Shown here piece by piece: positions 38,939 to 48,241 of a DNA stretch of 64,000 bases. Position 1 is the stretch's first letter. Each line of letters starts with the position of its first letter. The notes under the pieces were generated by a model, which saw only the letters and a program-made list of their open reading frames with translations, was not told the DNA's origin and did no database searches. The translations under genes were made by a program, and so were the position numbers. Origin of the DNA: Candidatus Buchananbacteria bacterium CG10_big_fil_rev_8_21_14_0_10_33_19 (GTDB taxonomy: Bacteria; Patescibacteriota; Patescibacteriia; 2-01-FULL-39-33); the NCBI GenBank assembly GCA_002773855.1, contig PEZY01000012.1, positions 68,255 to 132,254 of the forward strand, in the 5' to 3' direction.

Positions 38939-39792
38939 TTATATTTATAGTCTCATTAGTAATATTGGTTTTAGGTCTGATAATTTTAGGTTATACTCTT
39001 TTCCAAAAAATACCGGATTTAAAAAATCTTAATATTGAATCTTTAGCTGAAGAGAAGCAAGAAAAAATACGAAAAAAGATATTAGAGGCTAAATTCCTAA
39101 GATTTAGTAGTAGCTTAAAAACTAAATTTAATAGAAATTCGGCTGATAAAAATGGTTTGTTATCTGGAAAAATAAAACAAATTAAAACTAAGGTTTTGGA
39201 GTTAGAAAAAAAATATCAAGAAAATAAGGATGAGAATATTAAGCCAAAAACCATTGAAGAGTTGTTTATAGAGGCGGAAAATTTTATTGATGAAGATCAA
39301 TCAGCTGAAGCAGAAAAATCTTTAATTGAAATTATTGCCAAGGACAATAAAAATATCAAGGCCTATGAAATGCTAGGTGATTTATATTTTTATATGAAAA
39401 ATTATGATCAAGCTGAAGAGATTTATAAATATTTGTTAAAGTTAAAATTAGTCGGTGATGGTAATAAAAAAGTTATCAGGGGTCGTAAAATGGATGAATT
39501 AGAAGCTGAAGTATTATCAACACTGGATATCGATTCTAAAATTGCTGTTTATTATGAAGATTTGGGTCAGGTATATGAAGCTATGAAGAAAGATAACAAA
39601 GCTTTGGATGCATATTTGAAGGCTACATCAGTTGATCCTAATAATCCCAAGTATTTAGATAAATTATTAGAGATGAGTATTAAAATGAAAGATCGGGGAT
39701 TGGCTAAGGATTCTTTTAATAATTTAAAGAAAATCAATCCAGAAAATGCTAAATTAGCCGATTGGCAAGAAGCTATTGAAAAATTATCATAA
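38935..39792 (+). CDS. Membrane-anchored TPR-repeat protein
   Basis: N-terminal TM; AYEMLGDLY, YYEDLGQVY, DPNNPKYL. Confidence 0.85.
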   Translation: MIIFIVSLVILVLGLIILGYTLFQKIPDLKNLNIESLAEEKQEKIRKKILEAKFLRFSSSLKTKFNRNSADKNGLLSGKIKQIKTKVLELEKKYQENKDENIKPKTIEELFIEAENFIDEDQSAEAEKSLIEIIAKDNKNIKAYEMLGDLYFYMKNYDQAEEIYKYLLKLKLVGDGNKKVIRGRKMDELEAEVLSTLDIDSKIAVYYEDLGQVYEAMKKDNKALDAYLKATSVDPNNPKYLDKLLEMSIKMKDRGLAKDSFNNLKKINPENAKLADWQEAIEKLS

Positions 39793-39852
39793 ATTTGTTA
39801 GTATAATAAGGCTATTAACTGAGTCGTTTATAGTTTTTTATTTTAAAATTAT

Positions 39853-39928
39853 GCCGTTGTAGCTCAGTTGGTAGAGCGCATCCATGGTAAGGATGAGGTC
39901 TCCAGTTCAATTCTGGACAACGGCTCCA
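39853..39928 (+). tRNA. tRNA-Thr(GGT)
   Basis: Cloverleaf; anticodon arm CATCC-ATGGTAA-GGATG; encoded CCA. Confidence 0.95.
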
Positions 39929-39929
39929 T

Positions 39930-40011
39930 GGGTCGGTACCAAAGCGGTCAACTGGGGGAGACTGTAAATCTCTTGGCTTCGCCTTCGGGGGTTCGAATCC
40001 CTCCCGGCCCA
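39930..40011 (+). tRNA. tRNA-Tyr(GTA)
   Basis: Anticodon loop CTGTAAA, long variable arm, GTTCGAATCC; CCA not encoded. Confidence 0.95.
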
Positions 40012-40169
40012 CATCAAAAATAAAAGACAGATAACATCTGTCTTTTATTGTTGATTTTGATCTAGAGATGGGATTTAAACGAGGCCGTCTTAATATTAAC
40101 AATAATAAACATAATTTTGCTTAAAGTAATAGAGTGTATTATTATTACAAAATATAGAAAATAATAAAT

Positions 40170-41930
40170 ATGAAAAATAATACTAAAAAAACACTAAAAA
40201 TTTATTGGCACTATGCTTGGAAATATAAAGTTTCCGTTTTTGTTATTATCGCTTCTATTGTGGTTGCTTCTTTGATTGGTATTATAATTCCTTTATATTT
40301 TAAGCAATTTTTTAATTTATTAACATCTGATCAGGATAAAGCTTTAATTGTTACCGAATTGATTAATGTTTTGTTTATTATTGCGGCGTTAGAATTAGTG
40401 GCCTGGATTTTTTGGCGTTTTGTTAGTTTCTTGAATCCACATTTTCAATTGAAAGTCATTAGAGATTTATCGGTAATGTGCTTTGCTTATTTGCACAAAC
40501 ATTCTTTTTCTTATTTTAATAATAATTTTGGTGGCTCGCTGGTGAAAAAAGTAAAATGGTTTACTAATGCTTTTGAGTCAATAGTTAATGAAACTATTTG
40601 GCAGTTAATTCCCTTGGTTATAAATATTCTAGCAATTTTCTTTGTTTTGTCTCGCATTAATTTATTAATGGGGCTAGGAATACTTATTTGGGTATTTGTC
40701 TTTTTGTCAGTTAATTGGATTTTTATTATTTTTAAACTTAAGTATGATATTCAAAGAAGCGAAGCAGAAACAACTATCACCGGTCTTTTATCTGATACTA
40801 TTACTAATAATTCTAATGTAAAATTGCTTAATGGTTATACTCGAGAAATTGAAAATTATAGTCAGGCCGCTGATAAATTAAAATTAATTAGAGGTCTCTC
40901 TTGGCGGTTTAGTAATATTTTTGATTCAATTCAGGGTTTCTTAATGATAGCTTTAGAAATGGTTATTTTCTATATCGCTATTAAATTATGGTTTAAAGAT
41001 GTAATTACTATTGGTGATTTTGTTTTGATTCAGGCATATTTGTTAAATATTTTTATGCGACTTTGGGATTTTGGTAATGTTATTAGAAGGATATATTCTA
41101 ATTTAGCTGACGCTGAAGAGATGACTGAAGTTTTAAATACTGATCATGAAGTAAAAGATATTAAAACAGCTAAAAATTTAGTGGTTAATAAGGGTAAAAT
41201 AGAATTTAAAGATGTTATTTTTAATTATAATGAAACTAGATCTATTTTTAAAAAATTTAATTTAATAATTAAGGCTGGAGAACGTTTAGCGGTAATTGGT
41301 TCATCTGGTGCTGGTAAAACTACGATAGTTAAATTGATTTTAAGAATGCATAATTTAGATGGTGGAAAAATCTTAATTGATAATCAGGATATTTCTAAAG
41401 TTAATCAGGAAAGTTTATGGCACAATGTTTCATTGGTGCCCCAAGATCCCATTCTATTTCATCGCACTTTGATGGAAAATATCCGCTATGGCAAACCAGA
41501 AGCCACAGATGATGAGGTTTATCAAGCAGCTAAGGCTGCTAATTGTCATAATTTTATACAAGATACAGCTGAGGGTTATGATACTTATGTTGGTGAAAGA
41601 GGTATTAAATTGTCTGGCGGTGAAAGACAACGGATTGCGATTGCTAGAGCTATTTTACGCAATGCCCCAATCCTTATTTTGGATGAGGCGACATCAAGTT
41701 TAGATTCCAAATCCGAGAAGTTGATTCAAGACGCCTTAGATTATTTAATGAAAAATAAAACTGTTATTGTAGTAGCTCATCGTCTTTCTACTATCAGAAA
41801 AATGGATAGAATTGTAGTAATTATCAAGGGTGCTGTAGTTGAAGAAGGTAGTCATAAGCAGTTGATTAAAAAAGCTGATAGTGTTTATAAAAAACATTGG
41901 GAGCTTCAGGCAGGTGGTTTCATTAAATAA
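40170..41930 (+). CDS. ABC exporter, fused permease/ATPase
   Basis: TMD plus GSSGAGKTT, LSGGERQR, ILDEATS, AHRLST. Confidence 0.95.
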   Translation: MKNNTKKTLKIYWHYAWKYKVSVFVIIASIVVASLIGIIIPLYFKQFFNLLTSDQDKALIVTELINVLFIIAALELVAWIFWRFVSFLNPHFQLKVIRDLSVMCFAYLHKHSFSYFNNNFGGSLVKKVKWFTNAFESIVNETIWQLIPLVINILAIFFVLSRINLLMGLGILIWVFVFLSVNWIFIIFKLKYDIQRSEAETTITGLLSDTITNNSNVKLLNGYTREIENYSQAADKLKLIRGLSWRFSNIFDSIQGFLMIALEMVIFYIAIKLWFKDVITIGDFVLIQAYLLNIFMRLWDFGNVIRRIYSNLADAEEMTEVLNTDHEVKDIKTAKNLVVNKGKIEFKDVIFNYNETRSIFKKFNLIIKAGERLAVIGSSGAGKTTIVKLILRMHNLDGGKILIDNQDISKVNQESLWHNVSLVPQDPILFHRTLMENIRYGKPEATDDEVYQAAKAANCHNFIQDTAEGYDTYVGERGIKLSGGERQRIAIARAILRNAPILILDEATSSLDSKSEKLIQDALDYLMKNKTVIVVAHRLSTIRKMDRIVVIIKGAVVEEGSHKQLIKKADSVYKKHWELQAGGFIK

Positions 41931-41940
41931 TTAATTAAAT

Positions 41941-42807
41941 ATGGCACAAGATAAATATACTGCTACCTGGGTATCACACTCATCAATTAGTGATTTTTTA
42001 AAATGCCCCCAGGCTTATTTTTTGAAAAATGTTTATAAAGATCCAAAAACTGGTCACAAAATTCAATTAATGACACCACCATTGGCCTTGGGTCAGGCGG
42101 TGCATAATGTTTTGGAATCTTTGTCAGCTATCAACAAGACTGATCGGTTTTCTAAGCCGTTATCAGTAATGTTTGAATCAGAGTGGCAAAAAATTTCTGG
42201 CGACAAGGGCGGTTTTTTAAATGAGAAGCATGAACATTATTATAAAAATAGAGGCTTGGCTATGCTTAATAATGTTTATAATAATCCCGGTCCACTAGCT
42301 AATTTGGCAATTAAAATTAAACAAGACTTACCTCAATTTTGGTTGTCAGAAGAGGATAATATTATTTTGTGCGGTAAAATAGATTGGTTGGAATATTTTC
42401 CAGACACTGATACCGTACATATTATTGATTTTAAAACTGGCAAAGTTAAAGAGGATCCAAATTCTTTACAATTACCAATTTATCACTTGCTAGTAGATAA
42501 ATGCCAAGAACGCAAAGCAACTAGGGCTAGTTATTGGTATTTAGAACATAATAAAACTTGTACAGAAAAAGAATTGCCTTCTTTAGAGGAAGCTCGTTTA
42601 CAAGTGTTAACTATTGCTAGAAAAATTAAATTGGCCAGACAACTAAAGAAATTTGATTGTCTAGAAGGCGATTGTGCAGCTTGTCACGATATTAAAAAAG
42701 TGGTGGCTGGTGAGGCTAAATTTGTAGGTTATGATGGTTTTCGAGATGTTTATATTATAGATAGTGGTGATTTAGAAGACGGTGAATCACAGAGTGATAT
42801 TTTGTAG
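41941..42807 (+). CDS. PD-(D/E)XK RecB/AddB-family nuclease with probable 4-Cys Fe-S staple
   Basis: SHSSI..FLKCP, GQAVH, GKID, IIDFKTG, QLPIY, C-terminal CLEGDCAAC. Confidence 0.85.
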   Translation: MAQDKYTATWVSHSSISDFLKCPQAYFLKNVYKDPKTGHKIQLMTPPLALGQAVHNVLESLSAINKTDRFSKPLSVMFESEWQKISGDKGGFLNEKHEHYYKNRGLAMLNNVYNNPGPLANLAIKIKQDLPQFWLSEEDNIILCGKIDWLEYFPDTDTVHIIDFKTGKVKEDPNSLQLPIYHLLVDKCQERKATRASYWYLEHNKTCTEKELPSLEEARLQVLTIARKIKLARQLKKFDCLEGDCAACHDIKKVVAGEAKFVGYDGFRDVYIIDSGDLEDGESQSDIL

Positions 42808-42918
42808 TTATTTTAAAATATTAATAAAATCAACTGTTTATTAGGGCTTGTGCTTTTCTGATTTTTATGTTAATATACTTTCGCTATATAGCACAGCCCA
42901 ACAGGCTTTATTTATTAT

Positions 42919-42995
42919 GCCACCCTAGCTCAGCTGGCTAGAGCAGCTGTCTTGTAAACAGCAGGTCTTCGGTTCGAATCCGAAGGGTGGCTCCA
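42919..42995 (+). tRNA. tRNA-Thr(TGT)
   Basis: GCTGT-CTTGTAA-ACAGC anticodon arm; encoded CCA. Confidence 0.95.
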
Positions 42996-43026
42996 ATAAG
43001 TTTAAATTATTAATTCAGATACAGCT

Positions 43027-43182
43027 ATGTCCCAGGACAATATGATAAAATTTGAGTGTACTGACTGTAAGCATGTTAATTACTTCTCTTCAAAAAACAA
43101 GAAACTTTTGAAAGAGAGATTGCAGCTTAAGAAACATTGCAAGCATTGCAAGAAGCATACTCTACATAAGGAAACTAAATAA
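43027..43182 (+). CDS. rpmG: 50S ribosomal protein L33 (missing from the ORF track, 51 aa)
   Basis: [51 protein letters not shown]. Confidence 0.95.
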   Translation: MSQDNMIKFECTDCKHVNYFSSKNKKLLKERLQLKKHCKHCKKHTLHKETK

Positions 43183-43227
43183 TGCATTAAACGGCTGGCA
43201 ATTTTGTTGGCCGTTTGCTTGTTATAT

Positions 43228-43298
43228 GGGCGATTAGTTTAGTGGTAGAACAGCGGTCTCCAAAACCGTTGGCGGGAGTTCGATTCTCTCATCGCCTG
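43228..43298 (+). tRNA. tRNA-Trp(CCA)
   Basis: GCGGT-CTCCAAA-ACCGT anticodon arm; acceptor GGGCGAT/ATCGCCT; CCA tail not encoded. Confidence 0.93.
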
Positions 43299-43539
43299 CA
43301 ATTAAAAAAATACCCCTTGTGGGTATTTTTTAAATTGTCAGAGAGAATCGAACTGGGTTGGAAATGAGCAAGGAATGAGGCGGAAGCCGACATGACGAAG
43401 TGAATGATCGGGCAATAAGACCATTAGGAGTATTGCCCGCCAACCCCGGACAAACAAATAGCCAAGTTTTTGTTGGCTATTTGTGCGATAATTCTCTCAT
43501 CGCCTGCAATTAAAAAAATACCCCTTGTGGGTATTTTTT
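43283..43539. repeat. 49-bp direct repeat (tRNA-Trp 3' end plus terminator) flanking a structured 159-bp insert
   Basis: ATTCTCTCATCGCCTGCAATTAAAAAAATACCCCTTGTGGGTATTTTTT at 43283-43331 and 43491-43539. Confidence 0.9.
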
Positions 43540-43553
43540 GTTATAATTAAACA

Positions 43554-43709
43554 ATGAAAATAGAATGGAACAAAGTAACGTGGTATTCCAAAGCTTTGGC
43601 TGTGGTAGTGTTTTTTGTGGTTCTTTTGGTAGGGATTTATATTGGAATTCAGTATAATCAATATACGATCGAAAAGTCTTTAATGCTAGAAAATAACTTA
43701 ATATATTAA
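43554..43709 (+). CDS. Small single-TM membrane protein (51 aa, missing from the ORF track)
   Basis: MKIEWNKVTWYSKALAVVVFFVVLLVGIYIGIQYNQYTIEKSLMLENNLIY; TG-TATAAT just upstream. Confidence 0.6.
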   Translation: MKIEWNKVTWYSKALAVVVFFVVLLVGIYIGIQYNQYTIEKSLMLENNLIY

Positions 43710-43727
43710 ATATTGATTGGCTTATTT

Positions 43728-44246
43728 ATGAATAAAAAAAATAAAACCAAATTTATATATTGGTCTATTTCAATCATTATTGTAGTGGCTATTGTTTATA
43801 CTGTTATCAATAATCAAGGTGTCCCCATCAATATCGAAAGGCCAGAAATCCTAGGTAGAGACCATGTAGCTGATTTGTCTAATTATCAATATAGTTCTAA
43901 TCCACCCACTTCTGGTAATCATTTTAGTAATTCGGCTGATTCAGGGTTTTATGATGAGCAAGTACCGGATGGAGAATTGGTCCATAGTTTGGAACATGGT
44001 TATGTGATAATTAATTACGATTGTAGTAAATTTTCTGGAGACTGTGAAGAGCTAAAAAGCGAAATTAAATATCTAGTTAATGATGATAGCTGGAAAGTAA
44101 TTGGTAATCCTCGACCAGAAAATGATTATTTAATATCAGTAACTTCTTGGGGCAAACTAATGCATTTAGATGAATTTAATAGAGATAAGATAAAAACTTT
44201 TATTAATAAGTATCGAAATCAGGGTCCAGAAAAAACTGAACACTAG
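43728..44246 (+). CDS. DUF3105-family protein
   Basis: N-terminal TM; YSSNPPTSGNH, VHSLEHG, TSWG, GPE. Confidence 0.85.
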   Translation: MNKKNKTKFIYWSISIIIVVAIVYTVINNQGVPINIERPEILGRDHVADLSNYQYSSNPPTSGNHFSNSADSGFYDEQVPDGELVHSLEHGYVIINYDCSKFSGDCEELKSEIKYLVNDDSWKVIGNPRPENDYLISVTSWGKLMHLDEFNRDKIKTFINKYRNQGPEKTEH

Positions 44247-44268
44247 TTTAATATATTAAATTATTAAT

Positions 44269-44811
44269 ATGTCTAAGAAAAAAATATTTATACTAATCAT
44301 AATAGTAGTTTTAGTGGTTAGTTATTTTATTTACTGGTCAAAGCAAAATAGTTTGAATAATGTTAACCAAATAACATCTTTTGATGTTAAAAATTGTACT
44401 TATATAATTAATAATGAGAATATTGCTCTTGAAAATGGTTATGCAGAGAAAGTACTATCCACAGAATTGGCCACTAAGAGTGTGGTTAGATATTTTGGTA
44501 ATCAAGTTGCTGCTGATTTTAATAATGATGGTACAAATGATGAGATATTTATTTTGACTCAAGATAATGGTGGTAGTGGCACTTTTTATTATGCGGTAGG
44601 AGCAATAAATACCTCAGGTGGTTGTTTTGGGACTAATACTATACTGTTAGGTGATAGAATTGCTCCTCAGACTACAGAACTAAAAGATGGTATGGCGGTG
44701 GTTAATTATGCTGATCGGGCTGAAAATGAGCCTATGACCAGTCAACCTTCAATTGGTGTTTCGCGTTATTTTCAAATAATTGACGGAAAATTACTAGAAG
44801 TCAACAAATAA
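44269..44811 (+). CDS. Hypothetical membrane-anchored protein
   Basis: N-terminal TM; DFNNDG, GGSGTFYY, LLGDRIAPQ. Confidence 0.8.
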   Translation: MSKKKIFILIIIVVLVVSYFIYWSKQNSLNNVNQITSFDVKNCTYIINNENIALENGYAEKVLSTELATKSVVRYFGNQVAADFNNDGTNDEIFILTQDNGGSGTFYYAVGAINTSGGCFGTNTILLGDRIAPQTTELKDGMAVVNYADRAENEPMTSQPSIGVSRYFQIIDGKLLEVNK

Positions 44812-44843
44812 TTTTGAAATATTAATAAATAATAAAAAACAAT

Positions 44844-45242
44844 ATGAAAGGGTATGTAACTAATATTGAAGAAAAAACCTTAGCTAATAATAATTTTCGA
44901 GAGGTACTATACACTGGACCAAATAGTCAATTAGTTTTAATGAGCTTGTTGCCAGGCGAAGAAATCGGCATGGAAATTCATAATGATAATGATCAATTTT
45001 TAAGAATTGAGCAAGGCACAGGCAAGGCTATTTTAGATGACGTGGAGCATGATTTAGCTGATGGTTCGGCTGTCGTAGTACCAGCTGGCACTAATCATAA
45101 TATAATTAATACTTCGGAAACTGAAGATTTGAAGCTATACACTATTTATTCACCAGCTCATCATCAGGATGGTGTAGTTTTTAAAACTAAGGCCGAAGCC
45201 GAGGCCTCCGATGAGCATTTTGATGGTAAAACTACTGAATAA
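44844..45242 (+). CDS. Cupin-domain protein
   Basis: QLVLMSL.PGEEIG.E.H..DQF; VPAGTNHNIIN; LYTIYSP. Confidence 0.9.
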   Translation: MKGYVTNIEEKTLANNNFREVLYTGPNSQLVLMSLLPGEEIGMEIHNDNDQFLRIEQGTGKAILDDVEHDLADGSAVVVPAGTNHNIINTSETEDLKLYTIYSPAHHQDGVVFKTKAEAEASDEHFDGKTTE

Positions 45243-45246
45243 TTTT

Positions 45247-45714
45247 ATGGCACTAACGGCAAAACAAAAAGCGCCAAGTTTTAATTTACCAGACCAGACT
45301 GGTGAACTTCATAAATTAACTGATTATAATGGTAAATGGTTGCTGTTATATTTTTATCCACGGGATAACACGCCTGGTTGTGCTAAAGAGGCTTGTACCA
45401 TTAGAGATAATTTTGCTGATTTTAAAAAAAATGGCGTAGTCGTTTTGGGAGTAAGTGCTGATTCTGTAGATAGTCATAATAATTTTGCCAGTAAGTATCA
45501 ATTATCATTTCCAATTTTAGCTGATATTGATAGAGAAACAATCAAAGCTTATGGTGCCTGGGGTATGAAGAAGTTTATGGGTAAAAGTTTTAAAGGTATT
45601 AAACGAATTTCCTTTTTAATTAATCCACAGGGAAAGATAGCTAAAGTTTACGATAAAGTGAAGCCAGCGGATCATGCCCAAGAAGTATTAAATGACATTA
45701 AGGCTTTAAAATAA
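45247..45714 (+). CDS. bcp: Peroxiredoxin Bcp/PrxQ
   Basis: ATG 45247; YFYPRDNTPGCAKEAC. Confidence 0.93.
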   Translation: MALTAKQKAPSFNLPDQTGELHKLTDYNGKWLLLYFYPRDNTPGCAKEACTIRDNFADFKKNGVVVLGVSADSVDSHNNFASKYQLSFPILADIDRETIKAYGAWGMKKFMGKSFKGIKRISFLINPQGKIAKVYDKVKPADHAQEVLNDIKALK

Positions 45715-45743
45715 TTACATTAATAATTTATTAAAATAAAGTT

Positions 45744-46109
45744 ATGAAAAAATTAGTTATTGCTTTAATAGTCTTGCTTATTATATTGTTAACAATACTG
45801 ATTGGTGGTGGTATTTATGTTTATATTAGCTTAAAACCGTTTTTAAAAACATCGGCCAGTGAAAATGTTAACCAAAATGTTAATACAGGCAATCAATTAT
45901 CAGCTGACAAGCATCCGCTTTTAACTTCAGATCAGGAGGCTACTTTAGAAAAAATTGGCATTGATCCAGCTAAATTACCAACGACTATTACCCCAGTCAT
46001 GGAGTCTTGTTTTGTGAATAAATTAGGCATTGATAGGGTAAATGAAATTAAAGCTGGCGAAGAGCCAAACGCCGTTGATTTGTTTAAGGCTAAATCTTGT
46101 ATAGAATAA
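45744..46109 (+). CDS. Hypothetical membrane-anchored protein
   Basis: N-terminal TM; two Cys in the soluble part. Confidence 0.75.
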   Translation: MKKLVIALIVLLIILLTILIGGGIYVYISLKPFLKTSASENVNQNVNTGNQLSADKHPLLTSDQEATLEKIGIDPAKLPTTITPVMESCFVNKLGIDRVNEIKAGEEPNAVDLFKAKSCIE

Positions 46110-46159
46110 TATAATTAAAAGCACAGATTAATTAGCCTGTATTTTTGTTTTATAGGTAA

Positions 46160-46185
46160 TGCAAGAAAAATATTGCTTTAGCGTA
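46160..46185 (+). promoter_or_regulatory. Putative ECF-sigma promoter (autoregulatory)
   Basis: TGCAAG-16 bp-CGTA; same motif and spacing at 47522. Confidence 0.6.
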
Positions 46186-46204
46186 TTACTTATATAACTG
46201 TAAT

Positions 46205-46792
46205 ATGGTTTTTGATAAAAATTACTCAAATAAAACCGATGAAGAACTGGTTATTCTATCTTTAGAAAATCAGAATATTTTTGCTTATTTGATAAATCGA
46301 TACCAAAAGAAAATAGCACGTTATATTAAGCGTATTTCTGGCCTGTCTGACGATGACATCGAAGATGTGCTTCAGGATGTTTTTATTAAAACTTATAGAA
46401 ATTTAAACGCTTTTGATTCAAATTTGAAGTTTTCTTCTTGGCTATATCGCATCGCCCATAATCAGGTTATTAGTAATTTTCGAAAATCTAAATCCAGACC
46501 ACAATCTATTATTCTAGATAGTGATAATGATTTTTTAGAAAATATTGCTTCAGAGTTTAATTTAGAAAAAGAAATTGATATTATTGAAAATCAAGAAATT
46601 ATTATGGAGATTATAGGTAGTTTAGATTATAAATATAAAGAAGTAATTGAATTAAGGTTTTTAGAAGAAAAAGAATATAGTGAAATATCAGATATTTTAA
46701 AAAAACCCAATGGGACAGTAGCGGCATTAATTAGTCGAGCTAAAAAACAGATTAGAAAAGAATTAGAGAGAAAAAATATTAATTTACAATAG
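46205..46792 (+). CDS. ECF RNA polymerase sigma factor
   Basis: EDVLQDVFIK, FSSWLYRIAHN, region 4 YSEISDIL..GTV..ISRAK. Confidence 0.93.
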   Translation: MVFDKNYSNKTDEELVILSLENQNIFAYLINRYQKKIARYIKRISGLSDDDIEDVLQDVFIKTYRNLNAFDSNLKFSSWLYRIAHNQVISNFRKSKSRPQSIILDSDNDFLENIASEFNLEKEIDIIENQEIIMEIIGSLDYKYKEVIELRFLEEKEYSEISDILKKPNGTVAALISRAKKQIRKELERKNINLQ

Positions 46793-46793
46793 T

Positions 46794-47516
46794 ATGAATA
46801 ATTTCACTGAAAAGGTTCTGGAGGTGATTAAACACGAAAAACCAGAATCAAAATGGAAATTTAAGTTAAAGAATTACGCTATCTGGCTGGCTGGTTCATT
46901 GTTTATTTTATTTGGCAGTTTGTCGACAGCGGTGGTTATTTATATGATTGCCAATAATGATTGGGCAGTTAGTAGTCAAATCGCCACAAATAAGTGGCAA
47001 TTTATTTTGTTAGCTGTACCAATTTATTGGGTAGCCACAATTATTATTTTACTTTTAGTGGCTTATTATAATTTTCGTCATACTAGTGTCGGTTATCGTT
47101 ACAAGATATTAACTATTATTATGTCTAGTATTGTAGCTAGTATAATATTTGGTGGTTTATTTTATTATCTTGGCCTAGGTCATATTATAGATAAAACATT
47201 TGCTGAAAGAATACCAATTTATGAAAGATTTGCTAGTCCCAGAAGAGCAATGTGGGTTAATCCGGACGATGGTAGGCTAGCTGGTAAAGTAATTTTTATT
47301 CGATCTTCAAATTTTGATTTAATTGATTTTTATAATAAACGTTGGCTAGTTGAACCAATAATGACAGATGAATTTTTACAAGAAGGTCAAATTATTAAAA
47401 TTATTGGTCAAAAAATTGATGATGATAGATTCAGGGCCGAAAGAATATTACCATTTGATATTCGTGGTCAATTTCCAGGTCTCTTTGGTTCCATGGGTAT
47501 GCATCGGTCATTTTAA
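46794..47516 (+). CDS. Membrane protein, probable anti-sigma factor
   Basis: Directly coupled to the ECF sigma gene; three TM helices plus an extracytoplasmic domain. Confidence 0.65.
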   Translation: MNNFTEKVLEVIKHEKPESKWKFKLKNYAIWLAGSLFILFGSLSTAVVIYMIANNDWAVSSQIATNKWQFILLAVPIYWVATIIILLLVAYYNFRHTSVGYRYKILTIIMSSIVASIIFGGLFYYLGLGHIIDKTFAERIPIYERFASPRRAMWVNPDDGRLAGKVIFIRSSNFDLIDFYNKRWLVEPIMTDEFLQEGQIIKIIGQKIDDDRFRAERILPFDIRGQFPGLFGSMGMHRSF

Positions 47517-47521
47517 ATATT

Positions 47522-47547
47522 TGCAATAAAAATTACCGTAGGGCGTA
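47522..47547 (+). promoter_or_regulatory. Putative ECF-sigma promoter
   Basis: TGCAAT-16 bp-CGTA. Confidence 0.6.
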
Positions 47548-47595
47548 GTAATAAGTAAGGGAGCCCCTAGATAATAAATAACTTTAAAAAACAAT

Positions 47596-48042
47596 ATGGA
47601 TTATAAAAAACTTGGAGCTGGGTTGGCAGTATTTGCAGTAGTAGCTCTGGCCGGTAATATGCTAGTCAATGCGGCTGGACCAGAAAATAGTGGTGCTACT
47701 AGAAACTTCGGTAATGGTAGTGGTAACAAGGGAAATAATGAACAACATCGTTTGGATGTAGACACAGCTATAGAGAGTGGTGATTATCAAACTTTTAAAT
47801 CATTGGTTGGCGATAATGGTCCAATGTTTAAAGCGATAACCGAAGAAAATTTCAATCAATTTGTGGAAATGCATAATTTAATGAAATCAGGTGACCTAGA
47901 TGGCGCTAAAGTAATTAGTCAGGAACTGGGCTTAGGCGTTGGCCGTGGTATGTTTGGCGAGAGAGGCATGCATAACGGCAATGGACCAGGTTTCGTGGAT
48001 AGTAATGGCGATGGTTTATGCGATAATCTAGATCAAAAATAA
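47596..48042 (+). CDS. Secreted Gly-rich hypothetical protein
   Basis: Signal peptide; C-terminal FVDSNGDGLCD (Ca-binding-like). Confidence 0.8.
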   Translation: MDYKKLGAGLAVFAVVALAGNMLVNAAGPENSGATRNFGNGSGNKGNNEQHRLDVDTAIESGDYQTFKSLVGDNGPMFKAITEENFNQFVEMHNLMKSGDLDGAKVISQELGLGVGRGMFGERGMHNGNGPGFVDSNGDGLCDNLDQK

Positions 48043-48241
48043 AATTAGTAACGCAAAAAACAGCTAAGTGGCTGTTTTTTGTTTTCTGTTTGTAGCTTGA
48101 CATATTAAATTTGATGTTAATCTGTCAAAAGTCTTAAAAATGATAAATTTGCGTTTTCCCTTGTTTTTCCTATTATATTGGTATATAATCTAAACATGTG
48201 GAAAACTAATTCCATAATTATTAACTAACTAATAGAGTACT

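Noticed and set aside
39815-40102. 95-aa minus-strand ORF
   Set aside because: Antisense shadow of tRNA-Thr and tRNA-Tyr (GREGFEPP pattern).
41941-42807. Cas4 / CRISPR system
   Set aside because: It is a solo PD-(D/E)XK nuclease; no repeat-spacer array or other cas gene is seen in the window.
43283-43539. Mini CRISPR array or intact prophage attL/attR
   Set aside because: Only two repeats, derived from a tRNA end plus terminator, with a 159-bp spacer; no integrase or phage genes between them.
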